Source of the DNA: a virus
Reading direction: 5' to 3' (one strand)
Virus record (IMG/VR): IMGVR_UViG_3300032893_000735
Coordinates: 41,826 to 105,825 of that record
Length of the DNA stretch: 64,000 nucleotides
This document shows positions 54,082-63,776 of the stretch, in pieces; position 1 is the stretch's first letter, and each line of letters opens with the position of its first letter. The notes below the pieces were generated by a model that saw only the letters and a list, made by a program, of their open reading frames with translations, ran no database searches and was not told the origin of the DNA. A program made the position numbers and the translations under genes.

Positions 54082-54424
54082 GGACAGTTTTGTTTCGGCT
54101 CATTGGCTCCCAAATGTCCCTGATGATCATAAGTGCAAGAAGTTGCACGGTCATACTTATCGAATCCGAATAGAGTTTGAGGGGAAAGTTGATAAACAAA
54201 CGGGCTGGGTGGTAGATTATTCGGAAATCAAGGAAAAATGGTCAGCCGTGAAGACCATCCTGGATCGTACCTGTTTAAATGAAATCAAAGGACTTGAAAA
54301 CTCTACTTGCGAGAACTTAGCGGATTGGATATGGGAAAGATTGGATGGCTTTAAGCACCGATACCCTTACCTGAAACGAATTGAGTTGCGAGAGACGGCA
54401 AATTGCGGAGTCGTTAAGGAATGA
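54065..54424 (+). CDS. queD: 6-carboxy-5,6,7,8-tetrahydropterin synthase
   Basis: SAH.L....HKCKKLHGHTY; STCENLA; ET. Confidence 0.9.
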   Translation: MIVFVEDSFVSAHWLPNVPDDHKCKKLHGHTYRIRIEFEGKVDKQTGWVVDYSEIKEKWSAVKTILDRTCLNEIKGLENSTCENLADWIWERLDGFKHRYPYLKRIELRETANCGVVKE

Positions 54425-55173
54425 TACACTATCATGGGTGTCCGATTACTCCAGAGGCGGACGGGGCCAGAATCCTGAAAGGAAAACATGCTATGGTTTC
54501 CTTCGCCCATCCGTCTCAGTTGCCAATGGTGGCGGAGGTTTGCCAGTCGTTTTGCTTGGACAATGGGGCTTTCTCCGCTTGGAGGTCGGGTGATCCTGTT
54601 ACTGATTGGTCAAAATTTTATGAATGGGTAGAATTTTGGTACCGTAATCCAGGATTTGATTTTGTACTCATACCAGACGTAATTGAAGGAAGTGAGGGAG
54701 ATAATGACAGATTGATCCAAGAATGGCCGTTCTCTAGAACAGTAGGGGTACCGGTTTGGCATCTTCATGAATCTCTGGATAGACTTGAAAAGTTAGTAAA
54801 TGAATGGCCTAGAATCTCTTTCGGAAGTTCGGGGAGATACGAAAGGGTAGGTGATCGTATTTGGTGGGGCCGTATGAGTGAGGCTATGCGAGTATGCTGC
54901 GACGATCTTGGAAGACCGAAATCTAAACTTCATGGTCTTAGGATGCTAGACCCTGCGGTGTTCACTAAACTTCCGTTTTCCAGTGCAGACAGCACGAATG
55001 TAGCAAGAAACGTAGGCATAGATAAGAACTGGGAAGGTTCGCGCTACGCGCCAAAAAGTAAGACAATTCGAGGTTTGATACTTGCTGACAGAGCCGAGCA
55101 ATTCAATTCAGCCTCAGTATTCACAAAATTCGAATTTCAACCGACTTCTATCTTCGATTTTGAGGAACAGTGA
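54421..55173 (+). CDS. DpdA/TGT-like base-exchange transglycosylase
   Basis: LDNGAFS, IPDVI, PVWH, LHGL, SADST motifs; coupled to queD. Confidence 0.65.
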   Translation: MIHYHGCPITPEADGARILKGKHAMVSFAHPSQLPMVAEVCQSFCLDNGAFSAWRSGDPVTDWSKFYEWVEFWYRNPGFDFVLIPDVIEGSEGDNDRLIQEWPFSRTVGVPVWHLHESLDRLEKLVNEWPRISFGSSGRYERVGDRIWWGRMSEAMRVCCDDLGRPKSKLHGLRMLDPAVFTKLPFSSADSTNVARNVGIDKNWEGSRYAPKSKTIRGLILADRAEQFNSASVFTKFEFQPTSIFDFEEQ

Positions 55174-55877
55174 TGAACGAACCTGAATACCTAGTACCAG
55201 TAAAAACTGATGCACTTCAGCTCGGGGAGGATATCAACGTCCTCCTCGGGCAAATTTCTAGCCACGAACTACGCCTCAGTCATTCTTACGCCCGTCTCGG
55301 GTCGCTACTTCTCCGCGCCAAAAACGAACAAGCCTGGACATTGCTGGGGTATGATCGGTTCTCCCTGATGATCGAAGATATTGGTAAGAAGATCGACCGG
55401 CGCAGGAGCCAGATGTACGCTATCCTGTCCGTTGCGGAAGTCCTGTCTCCGTATCTTTCCGAGCCACAGCTTGAGGCAATCGGGATCGCTAAGAGCCACG
55501 AATTGCGCAGGTTCGTTAAGCAATCAGGACGCAGGCCGGATGTTCACCTTCTGGACATGATTAAGACTCCTGAAGAAGACCCGATCACCTTGTCCGAACT
55601 CGCTGCTTCTTCTGAAATCACCGCCGCTCAACTCCGAGTCGAAGTGAACAAACTGCTCCATCAGGACGAACAACCGAAAGGTTTGTGGTACGATCTAGGA
55701 GGATGCTACTTCCTTCCTGACGAGAAGAAAGAAGTAGAACAGTTTTGGTCAGTAGGCCGGATGCTACTTGAAATCTCAGACGAGACTTCTGAGCACGAAG
55801 CCAAGAAACAAGTTATGTTGGCGGCAGTCCGCGAGTGCTTGGGTACTTGGCAGGCCGAGGTGGACAATGCGAATTGA
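55170..55877 (+). CDS. Hypothetical protein (possible HTH DNA-binding)
   Basis: GAGG RBS; helical LGY..F...RRRSQMY segment. Confidence 0.6.
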   Translation: MMNEPEYLVPVKTDALQLGEDINVLLGQISSHELRLSHSYARLGSLLLRAKNEQAWTLLGYDRFSLMIEDIGKKIDRRRSQMYAILSVAEVLSPYLSEPQLEAIGIAKSHELRRFVKQSGRRPDVHLLDMIKTPEEDPITLSELAASSEITAAQLRVEVNKLLHQDEQPKGLWYDLGGCYFLPDEKKEVEQFWSVGRMLLEISDETSEHEAKKQVMLAAVRECLGTWQAEVDNAN

Positions 55878-56068
55878 GTGGATCGAACATCTTTGGGCTA
55901 AAGTATTCGGATATTTCTGGATGCCTTGTCCAAATTGTGGTCGCATGTACGGCGGGCATGAAGATGGCGGTGGCCTATACAAGTCAGTCTGGTCTGATTA
56001 CGCCGTTCCTACTTGCGCTGATCCTAAGTGCAAGGAAGAAGTTCACGAGAAGAACAAAAGGCTTTTTG

Positions 56069-56461
56069 ATGAGTATTAAGTGGGTTCGGGTACTAATAGG
56101 CCCAGAAGGCCGACCAATTCGGATTTTTCGTAACAAGGACTGGCTGGATTTTCCAGTAGAGCAAGTCCCACTTATGACCAAAGCCGAGGCCGTAGGTTCT
56201 ATCCGAGAGCAAGTTTTTGAGCGGGCAAGAAATCCAGAAACTAGACAGTTCGAGTGCGAGAACTGCGGGAGAGTTATTACTCGGGCGAACGGAGAGATGA
56301 ATGAACGCCGACCGAAAGGTGCTCGCGGAGGATTTACCGGAGGCGAGGTGTCGCTAGACAACTGCGAGGCGCTATGCCACTCTTGCCACCAGTCAGGCCC
56401 TGACTCCCGACATGGAGATCGACGCTGGCAAACAGCAAAACTAAGGACAACCAATGATTGA
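56069..56461 (+). CDS. HNH-like nuclease
   Basis: CENCG...GG...NCEALCHSCH. Confidence 0.65.
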   Translation: MSIKWVRVLIGPEGRPIRIFRNKDWLDFPVEQVPLMTKAEAVGSIREQVFERARNPETRQFECENCGRVITRANGEMNERRPKGARGGFTGGEVSLDNCEALCHSCHQSGPDSRHGDRRWQTAKLRTTND

Positions 56462-56972
56462 TGTACTGAAATTCCAACACGTAATCAAAGACGTAATCAC
56501 CAAGACCAAGGTTCCTCCGAACAAGGTCGAGGATCTTACTCAAGAATGTTACTTGTCTTTGATCGAACAACAAGACCTTATTGAAAAGGCTAGGAGTCCT
56601 GAGGATTATGCTGCCTCCGTCTGCCGAAGCAAGATTTATCAGGTTTGGAAGCAAGAAAACGATATTAGCCGGGTAGACGGAAAGAACTACAAACCGGACA
56701 TCTGGTTCTTATCCTTGTCCGACCCTAAGATATACCAGAAGGTAGCTAAGATCGCTTGCCAGAGAACAGACATAACCGACGAAGAACTTTATTCTGGTAT
56801 TTTGCAATTACCTCTTGACGAAGCCCAGGTTATCTATGGTATATTTGTCGAAGGGTTGAAGAAGAAGGATTTAGCCGAGCAGCTTGGGATTGGAATACGG
56901 AGGCTTAATACTCGGCTGAGACGTGGAATTAAAAATCTGAAGGAATACTTCGAGGTGGTGGATGGGGATTAG
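56454..56972 (+). CDS. ECF-like sigma factor
   Basis: Region 2 EDLTQECYL; region 4 LP....VI.....EG....DLAEQLGI.......LRR. Confidence 0.78.
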   Translation: MIDVLKFQHVIKDVITKTKVPPNKVEDLTQECYLSLIEQQDLIEKARSPEDYAASVCRSKIYQVWKQENDISRVDGKNYKPDIWFLSLSDPKIYQKVAKIACQRTDITDEELYSGILQLPLDEAQVIYGIFVEGLKKKDLAEQLGIGIRRLNTRLRRGIKNLKEYFEVVDGD

Positions 56973-57288
56973 AAACACAACCGAAGTTAGTTGTGATTTT
57001 AAAGGATGCAATCTCGGTCATGGCGGCGGGCCTGTTGTACTGTCTTGGTGCAACGAAGATGTTTCTTCTGGAAAGGTTCCGCCGCCTACTGGTTCGGAGA
57101 CTTTTGTGACTCTAACTCTTAACGGAGCACATCTTGCGTTTTGCTCCCGACTTCATGCAGCGGAATTCTTTCTGCCGGATATGTACGAAATTAAGCAGAA
57201 GGGGTTGGTGGAGTTCCCGAAAGACAAATGGACTGGACCAGAGGTTAGTCCAGAAAATGGACAGGAGGTCCCAAGTGCCGAAGTTTAG
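56962..57288 (+). CDS. Hypothetical Cys-containing protein
   Basis: GAGGTGG RBS. Confidence 0.6.
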   Translation: MGIRNTTEVSCDFKGCNLGHGGGPVVLSWCNEDVSSGKVPPPTGSETFVTLTLNGAHLAFCSRLHAAEFFLPDMYEIKQKGLVEFPKDKWTGPEVSPENGQEVPSAEV

Positions 57289-57541
57289 GAAGAAGCCAGT
57301 AGTTATTGAAGCGTATAAGTACCAATCTGAACTAGGGAATAACCGTTTGATGAATTGGTTAGCTCAACAGGAAGCAAACGTCAAAGGATGGCTTTTCCAC
57401 GATGGCGAGATTGTAATTCCTACCCTCGAAGGCAACATGAAAGCGTCAGACGGAGACTGGATTATTCGAGGGGTTAGCGGTGAATTCTATCCTTGTAAGC
57501 CAGACATTTTTGAAAAGACCTATGATCCAGTGGAGGGCTAA
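57275..57541 (+). CDS. Conserved phage protein (RKKPVVIEA...YPCKPDIF family)
   Basis: TLEG.M..GDWII.GV.GE.YPCKPDIFEKTY. Confidence 0.8.
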   Translation: MPKFRKKPVVIEAYKYQSELGNNRLMNWLAQQEANVKGWLFHDGEIVIPTLEGNMKASDGDWIIRGVSGEFYPCKPDIFEKTYDPVEG

Positions 57542-57903
57542 TGAACGTAACTGAATTTCGAAACGCACAAATCGCTCTGGCCTGCTGGCGGGCGGGAGAA
57601 GGTGAACTCCACCAGACACAGTTGGCCGTCTGCCAAGTGTTCATGAATCGTTCCAAGGCCGGGTGGTACGACGGCGACTTGTACGAAAACTGCTACCGTT
57701 GGATTATGGAAAACCCAGGCAATTTCCCAGATGTCCGAGACCCGCAGTTCGCCCAGTTGCTCAACAAACTGGAGGCAGTGACCTCTGGTTTGGTTGCGGA
57801 CAAAACTGGAGGGGCTATGTATTTCTGCCGTAAGGACGAATTGCCTGAGAAATTTGACGGCGAAATCACCACCACAATCGGAAGTATTGTTTTCATTCGA
57901 TAG
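57541..57903 (+). CDS. Cell-wall hydrolase (SleB/Hydrolase_2)-like protein, divergent
   Basis: GE....QLAV.QV.MNR; D.TGGA.YF; IG...F. Confidence 0.5.
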   Translation: MNVTEFRNAQIALACWRAGEGELHQTQLAVCQVFMNRSKAGWYDGDLYENCYRWIMENPGNFPDVRDPQFAQLLNKLEAVTSGLVADKTGGAMYFCRKDELPEKFDGEITTTIGSIVFIR

Positions 57904-58075
57904 GAGGGTAAGTGAGTCCGATTTACAACTACTCGTGTTTGGAATGCGGCAAGAAGATTGAAAAGCTGGTCAAGACTAGAGAGGAGCCTCCATACTGTCC
58001 AGATTGCGGACTTCCTACTGTTCAGGTTTGGAGTGCGCCAAGTCCAGCGCAATGGAAATGTTCTAAGGGGTCTTT

Positions 58076-58537
58076 ATGAGCAAGAAGCCGAAGACAAAAG
58101 CACAACTCGACCGAGCCGCCGATCTGAGACTCAAGAAGACGTATAACATTTCATTGGCGGACTACGATTATCTTCTGAATAAGAACGAGGGGAAGTGCTG
58201 GATCAGTGGGAAAGACCCAGGAACTCGGCGGCTACATGTTGATCACGACCACCGATGGAAGAAAGTTACGATCCGAGCAACTAAGTATGGAGACACTTGG
58301 GAGGCGACCGGAACCTATAACGGGGTCACATACAAAACCTTTGGAGCCAAGAAATCTCTCGCGGTTAGGGATCTGAAACGGAAGCTGCTACGGGCAAGTG
58401 TCCGTGGCTTACTCTCATACTCGTCAAATGCCGGTTTGCAAAAGTTCTCCGATGACCCAGAACAACTCCGGTCCGCCGCAGATTATCTCGAAAACTTTCA
58501 ACAAGGTAGTCCATTATCTGGACGGGAGGCAGAATGA
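58076..58537 (+). CDS. Endonuclease VII-like Holliday junction resolvase
   Basis: YNIS..DY; LHVDHDH; VRGLL...N.GL..F.DDP..L..A..YL. Confidence 0.8.
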   Translation: MSKKPKTKAQLDRAADLRLKKTYNISLADYDYLLNKNEGKCWISGKDPGTRRLHVDHDHRWKKVTIRATKYGDTWEATGTYNGVTYKTFGAKKSLAVRDLKRKLLRASVRGLLSYSSNAGLQKFSDDPEQLRSAADYLENFQQGSPLSGREAE

Positions 58538-58989
58538 ACTGGTTCTGGAAGAAGAAGAAAGAAGAGCAAGATAAACCAGAGGATGAAATTGAATACTATG
58601 CTTGCTTTTCATGCGAAAACGGACACTGCCAAGATTACAAAATAGAAACGGACTACGTTCCACTTCTCAATAAGATTGAAGTTTGTGAGAAGTGCGGTGA
58701 GAGTTCGTTCCCATCTGTTTGTAAAGTAACAAAAACACATGTTCTACGTCTTGGTAGGTGTTGGGTTCCGAGGCGATCTGAAGGAACATTTGTCCGTTTT
58801 CTGGACAACGAAGATGAAGTAACCCTTTCAGAAGAATCAGTCACCTATCTCAAGAAGTTGTCCGGCCGAGAGTTTGCCGATGCTGATAAAGACTCTTCGG
58901 CATCCTACAAGAACGGACTCACAGACGGATGCACTATGACGGCTCAATACGTGTTGAGAGAACTGAAGGACGAGGAGACTAATGCCTAA
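58534..58989 (+). CDS. Hypothetical protein
   Basis: GGAGG RBS after a palindrome copy. Confidence 0.65.
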   Translation: MNWFWKKKKEEQDKPEDEIEYYACFSCENGHCQDYKIETDYVPLLNKIEVCEKCGESSFPSVCKVTKTHVLRLGRCWVPRRSEGTFVRFLDNEDEVTLSEESVTYLKKLSGREFADADKDSSASYKNGLTDGCTMTAQYVLRELKDEETNA

Positions 58990-60127
58990 GACGGTTCCGG
59001 TACCCTATGACATTCGGAAGGAAATCCACAAGGTCCATAGTCTGGACCCAGGTCGAAGTGCGCGTAAAATCGCTAAGGAGTTCGGGCTGCACCATAAGAC
59101 TGTTAGTCGAATCCTGAGAAACGGAGATTCGTGCGAACCGGTTGTCGAAGTAGAAGAACCTATCCGTCACGAATCTATTCTTCGGCTTCTCAAGAAAGGG
59201 CCTCGTTCGACAGAGGAACTAGCAGCATCTTTGTCTAGTTCCGTTCAAAACGTGTCGAAAACTATCGGAGAGATGAAGGAACGCGGGGCTATGTTGATCC
59301 AGACCGCGAATGGACTCCACGACCTCGCCGATAGTATTCTTCTTGAACCAGGAAGCGGGCAGGTGGATGGAACAAGTGATTATTGGACGCACGTATTCGG
59401 GTTCACTTCTGATAATCATTTGTGCAATCGTAACTCTCGTCTGGATGTGCTGAACTCCGCCTACGACCACTTCGAACGCGAAGGTGTTCGAATCGCCTAT
59501 AACGCCGGAAATTGGATCGACGGAGAGGCGAGATTCAACAAGACAGAATTGGTTACCGCTCCGGGTATGGACCACCAACTTGACTATCTGATTGACAACT
59601 TTCCGGAACGTGACGGAATTGAAACACATTACATCGCGGGAGATGACCACGAGGGGTGGTATCAGCAAAGAGAGGGAATCGAGATAGGCAAGTACCTTCA
59701 GATGAGGGCGGAAGAACAAGGAAGAACCGACCTCAAATATCTTGGGTACGGAGAGGCCGATGTCAAGCTATCTTTCGGGACAGGCTCCGCCGTTATGCGT
59801 GTCGTTCACCCTGGCGGCGGTTCTGCTTACGCAATTTCCTACACCGATCAGAAACGTGTAGAATCTTACCAAGGCGGAGAGAAGCCGCAAATTGAACTTG
59901 TCGGGCACTACCATAAGTTTAACCATGGTTATCCCCGAGAAGTCCACACTGTCCAAGGGGGGACAACTTGCGATCAGAGTATGTTTATGCGAAAGAAGAG
60001 GTTGCAAGCTCACGTTGGATACTGTATCATCAAGATCAAGCAAGATGATACTGGAGTTGTTACCCGATTCTCTGTTGAATGGTTCCCTTTTTTCGACAGA
60101 GGGTTTTATGAGAAGAGGTTTGCATAG
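58982..60127 (+). CDS. Calcineurin-like metallophosphoesterase with N-terminal HTH domains
   Basis: SDNH, AGN..DG, GDDH, HP, GHYH. Confidence 0.85.
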   Translation: MPKTVPVPYDIRKEIHKVHSLDPGRSARKIAKEFGLHHKTVSRILRNGDSCEPVVEVEEPIRHESILRLLKKGPRSTEELAASLSSSVQNVSKTIGEMKERGAMLIQTANGLHDLADSILLEPGSGQVDGTSDYWTHVFGFTSDNHLCNRNSRLDVLNSAYDHFEREGVRIAYNAGNWIDGEARFNKTELVTAPGMDHQLDYLIDNFPERDGIETHYIAGDDHEGWYQQREGIEIGKYLQMRAEEQGRTDLKYLGYGEADVKLSFGTGSAVMRVVHPGGGSAYAISYTDQKRVESYQGGEKPQIELVGHYHKFNHGYPREVHTVQGGTTCDQSMFMRKKRLQAHVGYCIIKIKQDDTGVVTRFSVEWFPFFDRGFYEKRFA

Positions 60128-60153
60128 TCCAGAAAATGGACAGGAGGAAAAAG

Positions 60154-61011
60154 ATGGTTCCGATTGTAATTTATCACGGCAACTGTGCCGACGGATTTTC
60201 CGCAGCCTGGGCTGTTTGGAAGGCGCGTCCGTCATACGAGTTCTTTGCTGGTAAGTATCAGGAAGACCCTCCAGATGTGACTGGACGAGATGTGTATTTT
60301 GTAGACTTCTCGTACAAGAGGAATGTTATTCTTGAGATGTCGAAGAAGGCTCGGAGCATTATCGTACTCGACCACCACAAATCTTCGCAGGAAGACCTCG
60401 TTGATTTGCCCAGCAACGTGTCTGTGTATTTTGACATGAACCGTTCAGGGGCTCATATTGCCTGGGATCATTTCCATCCAGGAGAACCAGCACCTCCGCT
60501 GCTTCTTCGGGTCGAAGACAGAGATTTGTGGAAGTTCAGCTATCGAGATACGAAAGGAATTTCCGCTTATCTGTTTAGCCAGCCGTATGATTTTAAGCAA
60601 TGGGACTTCCTCATGAGGCTGTCCGAAGATGAGCATGATCTAGAGGAGATGGAGTCCTACGGAAATGTCATTTTGAAGAAGCAGGCCAAGGATATTGACG
60701 AAATCCTTCAGAACAAGTTTAGAATCAACCTTAATGGATCAGAAGTCTGGTGCGCAAACCTTCCTTATATGTGGCGCTCTGAGGCCGGACACATCTTGTC
60801 TAAGGACGAACCTTTTGCGGCTACGTTCTACACGGACGGAAAGTATGTAATCTTTAGCCTTCGATCTGCGGAGGATGGTTCGGATGTCTCAGAAGTGGCG
60901 AAGAAGTTTGGAGGCGGCGGGCATAAACACGCCGCTGGATTCAAAGTTACCTTCGAAGAGTTTGTCCGAATAATGGACGGGAGGAAAGATGAAAAAGCTA
61001 TTCAAGTTTAG
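60154..61011 (+). CDS. DHH/DHHA1 phosphoesterase (NrnB-like)
   Basis: YH.NCADG, VDFS, LDHH, DRDLW, SLRS, GGGGHKHAAG. Confidence 0.9.
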   Translation: MVPIVIYHGNCADGFSAAWAVWKARPSYEFFAGKYQEDPPDVTGRDVYFVDFSYKRNVILEMSKKARSIIVLDHHKSSQEDLVDLPSNVSVYFDMNRSGAHIAWDHFHPGEPAPPLLLRVEDRDLWKFSYRDTKGISAYLFSQPYDFKQWDFLMRLSEDEHDLEEMESYGNVILKKQAKDIDEILQNKFRINLNGSEVWCANLPYMWRSEAGHILSKDEPFAATFYTDGKYVIFSLRSAEDGSDVSEVAKKFGGGGHKHAAGFKVTFEEFVRIMDGRKDEKAIQV

Positions 61012-61291
61012 ATGGAACTGTGGTCGGATGGGCGAGGTAGAGGGCCTGTTCATCTCTACGACCGAAGAACTCGAATCCTTCTACGATAAGGAACTCTACT
61101 TCGGAGAGATCCTCGGAAAGCACAGCGAAATTTTCGGAACTCTTGAGCGAGAAGACATCACAGTTCTGTCCGAGGACCAAGAATTTCTGGGCAAGATGGA
61201 GGAGATTCTGGGGGATCGTATTTCAGGGTATTGTCCGATGGACTATCTTTGGGATTACGAGGACGAGGAAGAGGATGAGGAGGACGAATAG
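60989..61291 (+). CDS. Acidic hypothetical phage protein
   Basis: CGRMG.VEGLF; YFGEILGKHSE. Confidence 0.75.
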   Translation: MKKLFKFRWNCGRMGEVEGLFISTTEELESFYDKELYFGEILGKHSEIFGTLEREDITVLSEDQEFLGKMEEILGDRISGYCPMDYLWDYEDEEEDEEDE

Positions 61292-61566
61292 TGAGTGCCA
61301 ATGACAAACAAGTAGGCGGTGACCACTATAAGTCCCGAGCTATCCAACCATGGGATTACATTGCGGCAAACAAACTTGATTTCTTTTCGGCAAATGTTGT
61401 AAAATACGTGACTCGATTCTCCCAAAAAGGTGGTATAGTTGATCTTGAGAAGGCGAGACACTATCTCGACAAGCTGATCGAGTTGCAAGAGGAAGACATT
61501 ACCGATGAAATCGAAGTCAGCCAGTATACAACACCTTTGGAGGAATCATGCCCGCAAACCCACTGA
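61291..61566 (+). CDS. DUF3310 (SaV-like) protein
   Basis: QVGGDHYK..IQPWD...NVVKYV.R...KGG..DLEKA.HY. Confidence 0.85.
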   Translation: MSANDKQVGGDHYKSRAIQPWDYIAANKLDFFSANVVKYVTRFSQKGGIVDLEKARHYLDKLIELQEEDITDEIEVSQYTTPLEESCPQTH

Positions 61567-61943
61567 TGAACCGGCTAGGAAACTCAGGTAACATATTCCA
61601 GGGAAAGTACAAGCGCGTACTTTGCGTGTGCTCGGCTGGCCTTCTCCGGTCCCCGACTGTGGCTCTGGTTCTTTCCCAGGAGCCGTACAACTTCAATACC
61701 CGAGCGGCGGGAGTAAACGAAGAATTCGCATTGATTCCCGTGGACAAGGTTCTTCTGCGGTGGGCGGACCAGATTGTAACAATGGACGACCGACAGGCCG
61801 AACTGATTCGTAACATGATGGAGGAAGGCGACGATACTCCGATTGTGGTACTAAATATCCCGGACGTATTTGAATACCGAGACCCTGAATTGATTGAGTT
61901 GATTCGGGAGCGGTATGATGAGGCTGCAAGCGGAGTGATGTGA
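61548..61943 (+). CDS. Low-molecular-weight phosphatase-like protein
   Basis: VLCVCSAGLLRSPT (CX5R); WAD; LNIPD. Confidence 0.85.
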   Translation: MPANPLMNRLGNSGNIFQGKYKRVLCVCSAGLLRSPTVALVLSQEPYNFNTRAAGVNEEFALIPVDKVLLRWADQIVTMDDRQAELIRNMMEEGDDTPIVVLNIPDVFEYRDPELIELIRERYDEAASGVM

Positions 61944-61992
61944 GCAATTTTTAAGTTGTAATGACAACGCGGGCACGAGGGTACATGGAGGG

Positions 61993-62370
61993 ATGATGGG
62001 AACGTGTTCAGTTAGCTTCGGTACGGAAGCGGATGAGATTTGCGACTTTTGGGAAACCAAAATCAAAACCGCACGCAGGATTCATCGCTGCGGAGAGTGC
62101 GACAAAGACATCCAGCCTAAGCACAAGTACGAATCTCAGGCCTACGTCTTCGATGGTGCATTTCATCATGAAAAGAGATGCCTTATCTGTGCGGAAATTC
62201 GAGATGCGTTTCTTGAGGAAGGCTGCGCATATTGCCCCGGTGATATGTGGTCTGAAATACGCGATTACGTCTTTCCTGAGATGACGACCATCTGCTTTGA
62301 CCGACTGAAAACACCAGAAGCAAAGGATGAGTTACGGAGACGATGGATAGAATGGAAGTTTAACCGCTAG
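61993..62370 (+). CDS. Cys-rich hypothetical protein
   Basis: AR..H.C.EC...C..C. Confidence 0.7.
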   Translation: MMGTCSVSFGTEADEICDFWETKIKTARRIHRCGECDKDIQPKHKYESQAYVFDGAFHHEKRCLICAEIRDAFLEEGCAYCPGDMWSEIRDYVFPEMTTICFDRLKTPEAKDELRRRWIEWKFNR

Positions 62371-62827
62371 GCAACATCACGACTAAAACAGTGAGAGGTT
62401 GACATGACACAGAAACTGAATCCATATGATCCGGCTGCAATGAGGCGAGCTGCGCCAAAGCACACACCGAAACCTGTTCGCGGCCTGAGCCCCTATCAGG
62501 GACCAATCGGGAAAACCAAGTAGCGTCGCGATCAGCACTACAATACTGGAAGATGTAGAGCAGCAATAACCGTCCAGAAAATGGACGAGGAGGAAAGATG
62601 AAGCCAAGGCTTTTGACTGAGAAAGAACTGAACACTGTTCGCGGAAAGGCGATGGTCGGCCACGCGACAACAGACGAGATCATGTCCGTATTTACGCACT
62701 ACGATATGATCGAGATGATGTTAGACGAGGGCAGACGAAGACGATTGTCTCGGTACTGAAGGGTGGCGTCATTGGATGGGGTTACCTGACGCGGAATAAA
62801 TAGTCCATTTTCCAACAAGGAGGAAGT

Positions 62828-63163
62828 ATGAAGCAGTTTTTCATTGTGGCCGCAGTTGTGGTCCTATTCGTCGGCGTTACGGTGGGAGTTGATTTTGCCG
62901 GAAATGCCTACGGACTATGGAGTTATACTTTCTGGGCACCGAAGCAGGCTAACGCAGAGCGTAAGGTGTTCGTGAATACAAACAGTTACGTACAAGGAAA
63001 GACAGACTATCTGAATCGTCTTCGGTTTGAGTATGTAAAGTCTAAGGACCCCGACGAGAAAGCCGGATTGAAGACATTGATTCTTTCCGAAGCAGCTAAC
63101 GTGGACAACGACAAGTTGCCCGCCGATCTTCACAGCTTTATCAACACTCTAAAGGAGGAGTAA
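62828..63163 (+). CDS. Membrane-anchored hypothetical protein
   Basis: N-terminal TM; ER.VF.NT.SYVQGK. Confidence 0.75.
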   Translation: MKQFFIVAAVVVLFVGVTVGVDFAGNAYGLWSYTFWAPKQANAERKVFVNTNSYVQGKTDYLNRLRFEYVKSKDPDEKAGLKTLILSEAANVDNDKLPADLHSFINTLKEE

Positions 63164-63711
63164 TGAAGAGGATTCTTTCCGTAGTATTTTGCTTGGTGGT
63201 ATCTTTTGCGTTTGCTGGTTGCTCTACAGAAGAGCATAAATCCGCAGATCAGAAGATTTCGGAACAGCAAGAAAGTATGCAGACGCAAGCAATGTCCCAA
63301 ACTGGAATGCCCGGGATTACAAACTTTACCGAACTCAAGCTCGTAAAACATCTCTATGAGTTGAGGGACCAGAAGATTGTCACTTATTCGTATGTTCCCG
63401 ACATGAACGGCAAACTGTGGCATCTCTGCGACTCTATTGGCTACGGCATACCCTACGCCGCGCAATTTTCAAACTCTGAAAAGTTTGCGGGTGGATACGT
63501 TACAGATTCAGCAGGGCATCAATGGAGTGTTTCTGGTACTCTGCCGCAATCGGAACCAAATGGCTTGTTCATGCCCGCAGCAGCGGAGGGTACTTGGATT
63601 ACATGTGTCGATCCGAGTGGAAATGGACAGATTCAACCGGTGTACGTCGAACCTCGCGTGATCGTCAGTCCGTTTAAGTTGCGTGCAGAAGGTGAATACG
63701 CTTTGAAGTAG
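63163..63711 (+). CDS. Lipoprotein
   Basis: Lipobox FAGC; SIGYGIPY; QSEPNGLF.P...EGTW; YVEP. Confidence 0.8.
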   Translation: MKRILSVVFCLVVSFAFAGCSTEEHKSADQKISEQQESMQTQAMSQTGMPGITNFTELKLVKHLYELRDQKIVTYSYVPDMNGKLWHLCDSIGYGIPYAAQFSNSEKFAGGYVTDSAGHQWSVSGTLPQSEPNGLFMPAAAEGTWITCVDPSGNGQIQPVYVEPRVIVSPFKLRAEGEYALK

Positions 63712-63730
63712 TCCATTTTTCGGACATAGA

Positions 63731-63773
63731 AAAGCCCCGGCTCTCAAGAACTTCGAGGGTCGGGGCTTTGTTT
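63731..63773. terminator. Bidirectional intrinsic terminator between convergent genes
   Basis: AAAGCCCCG.CTCTC-loop-GAGGG.CGGGGCTTT. Confidence 0.75.
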
Positions 63774-63776
63774 GTG

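Noticed and set aside
62598-62799. Programmed frameshift in a small ORF
   Set aside because: Removing one G in GAGGGCA near 62730 restores a plausible C-terminus, and no slippery heptamer is present; likely an indel error.
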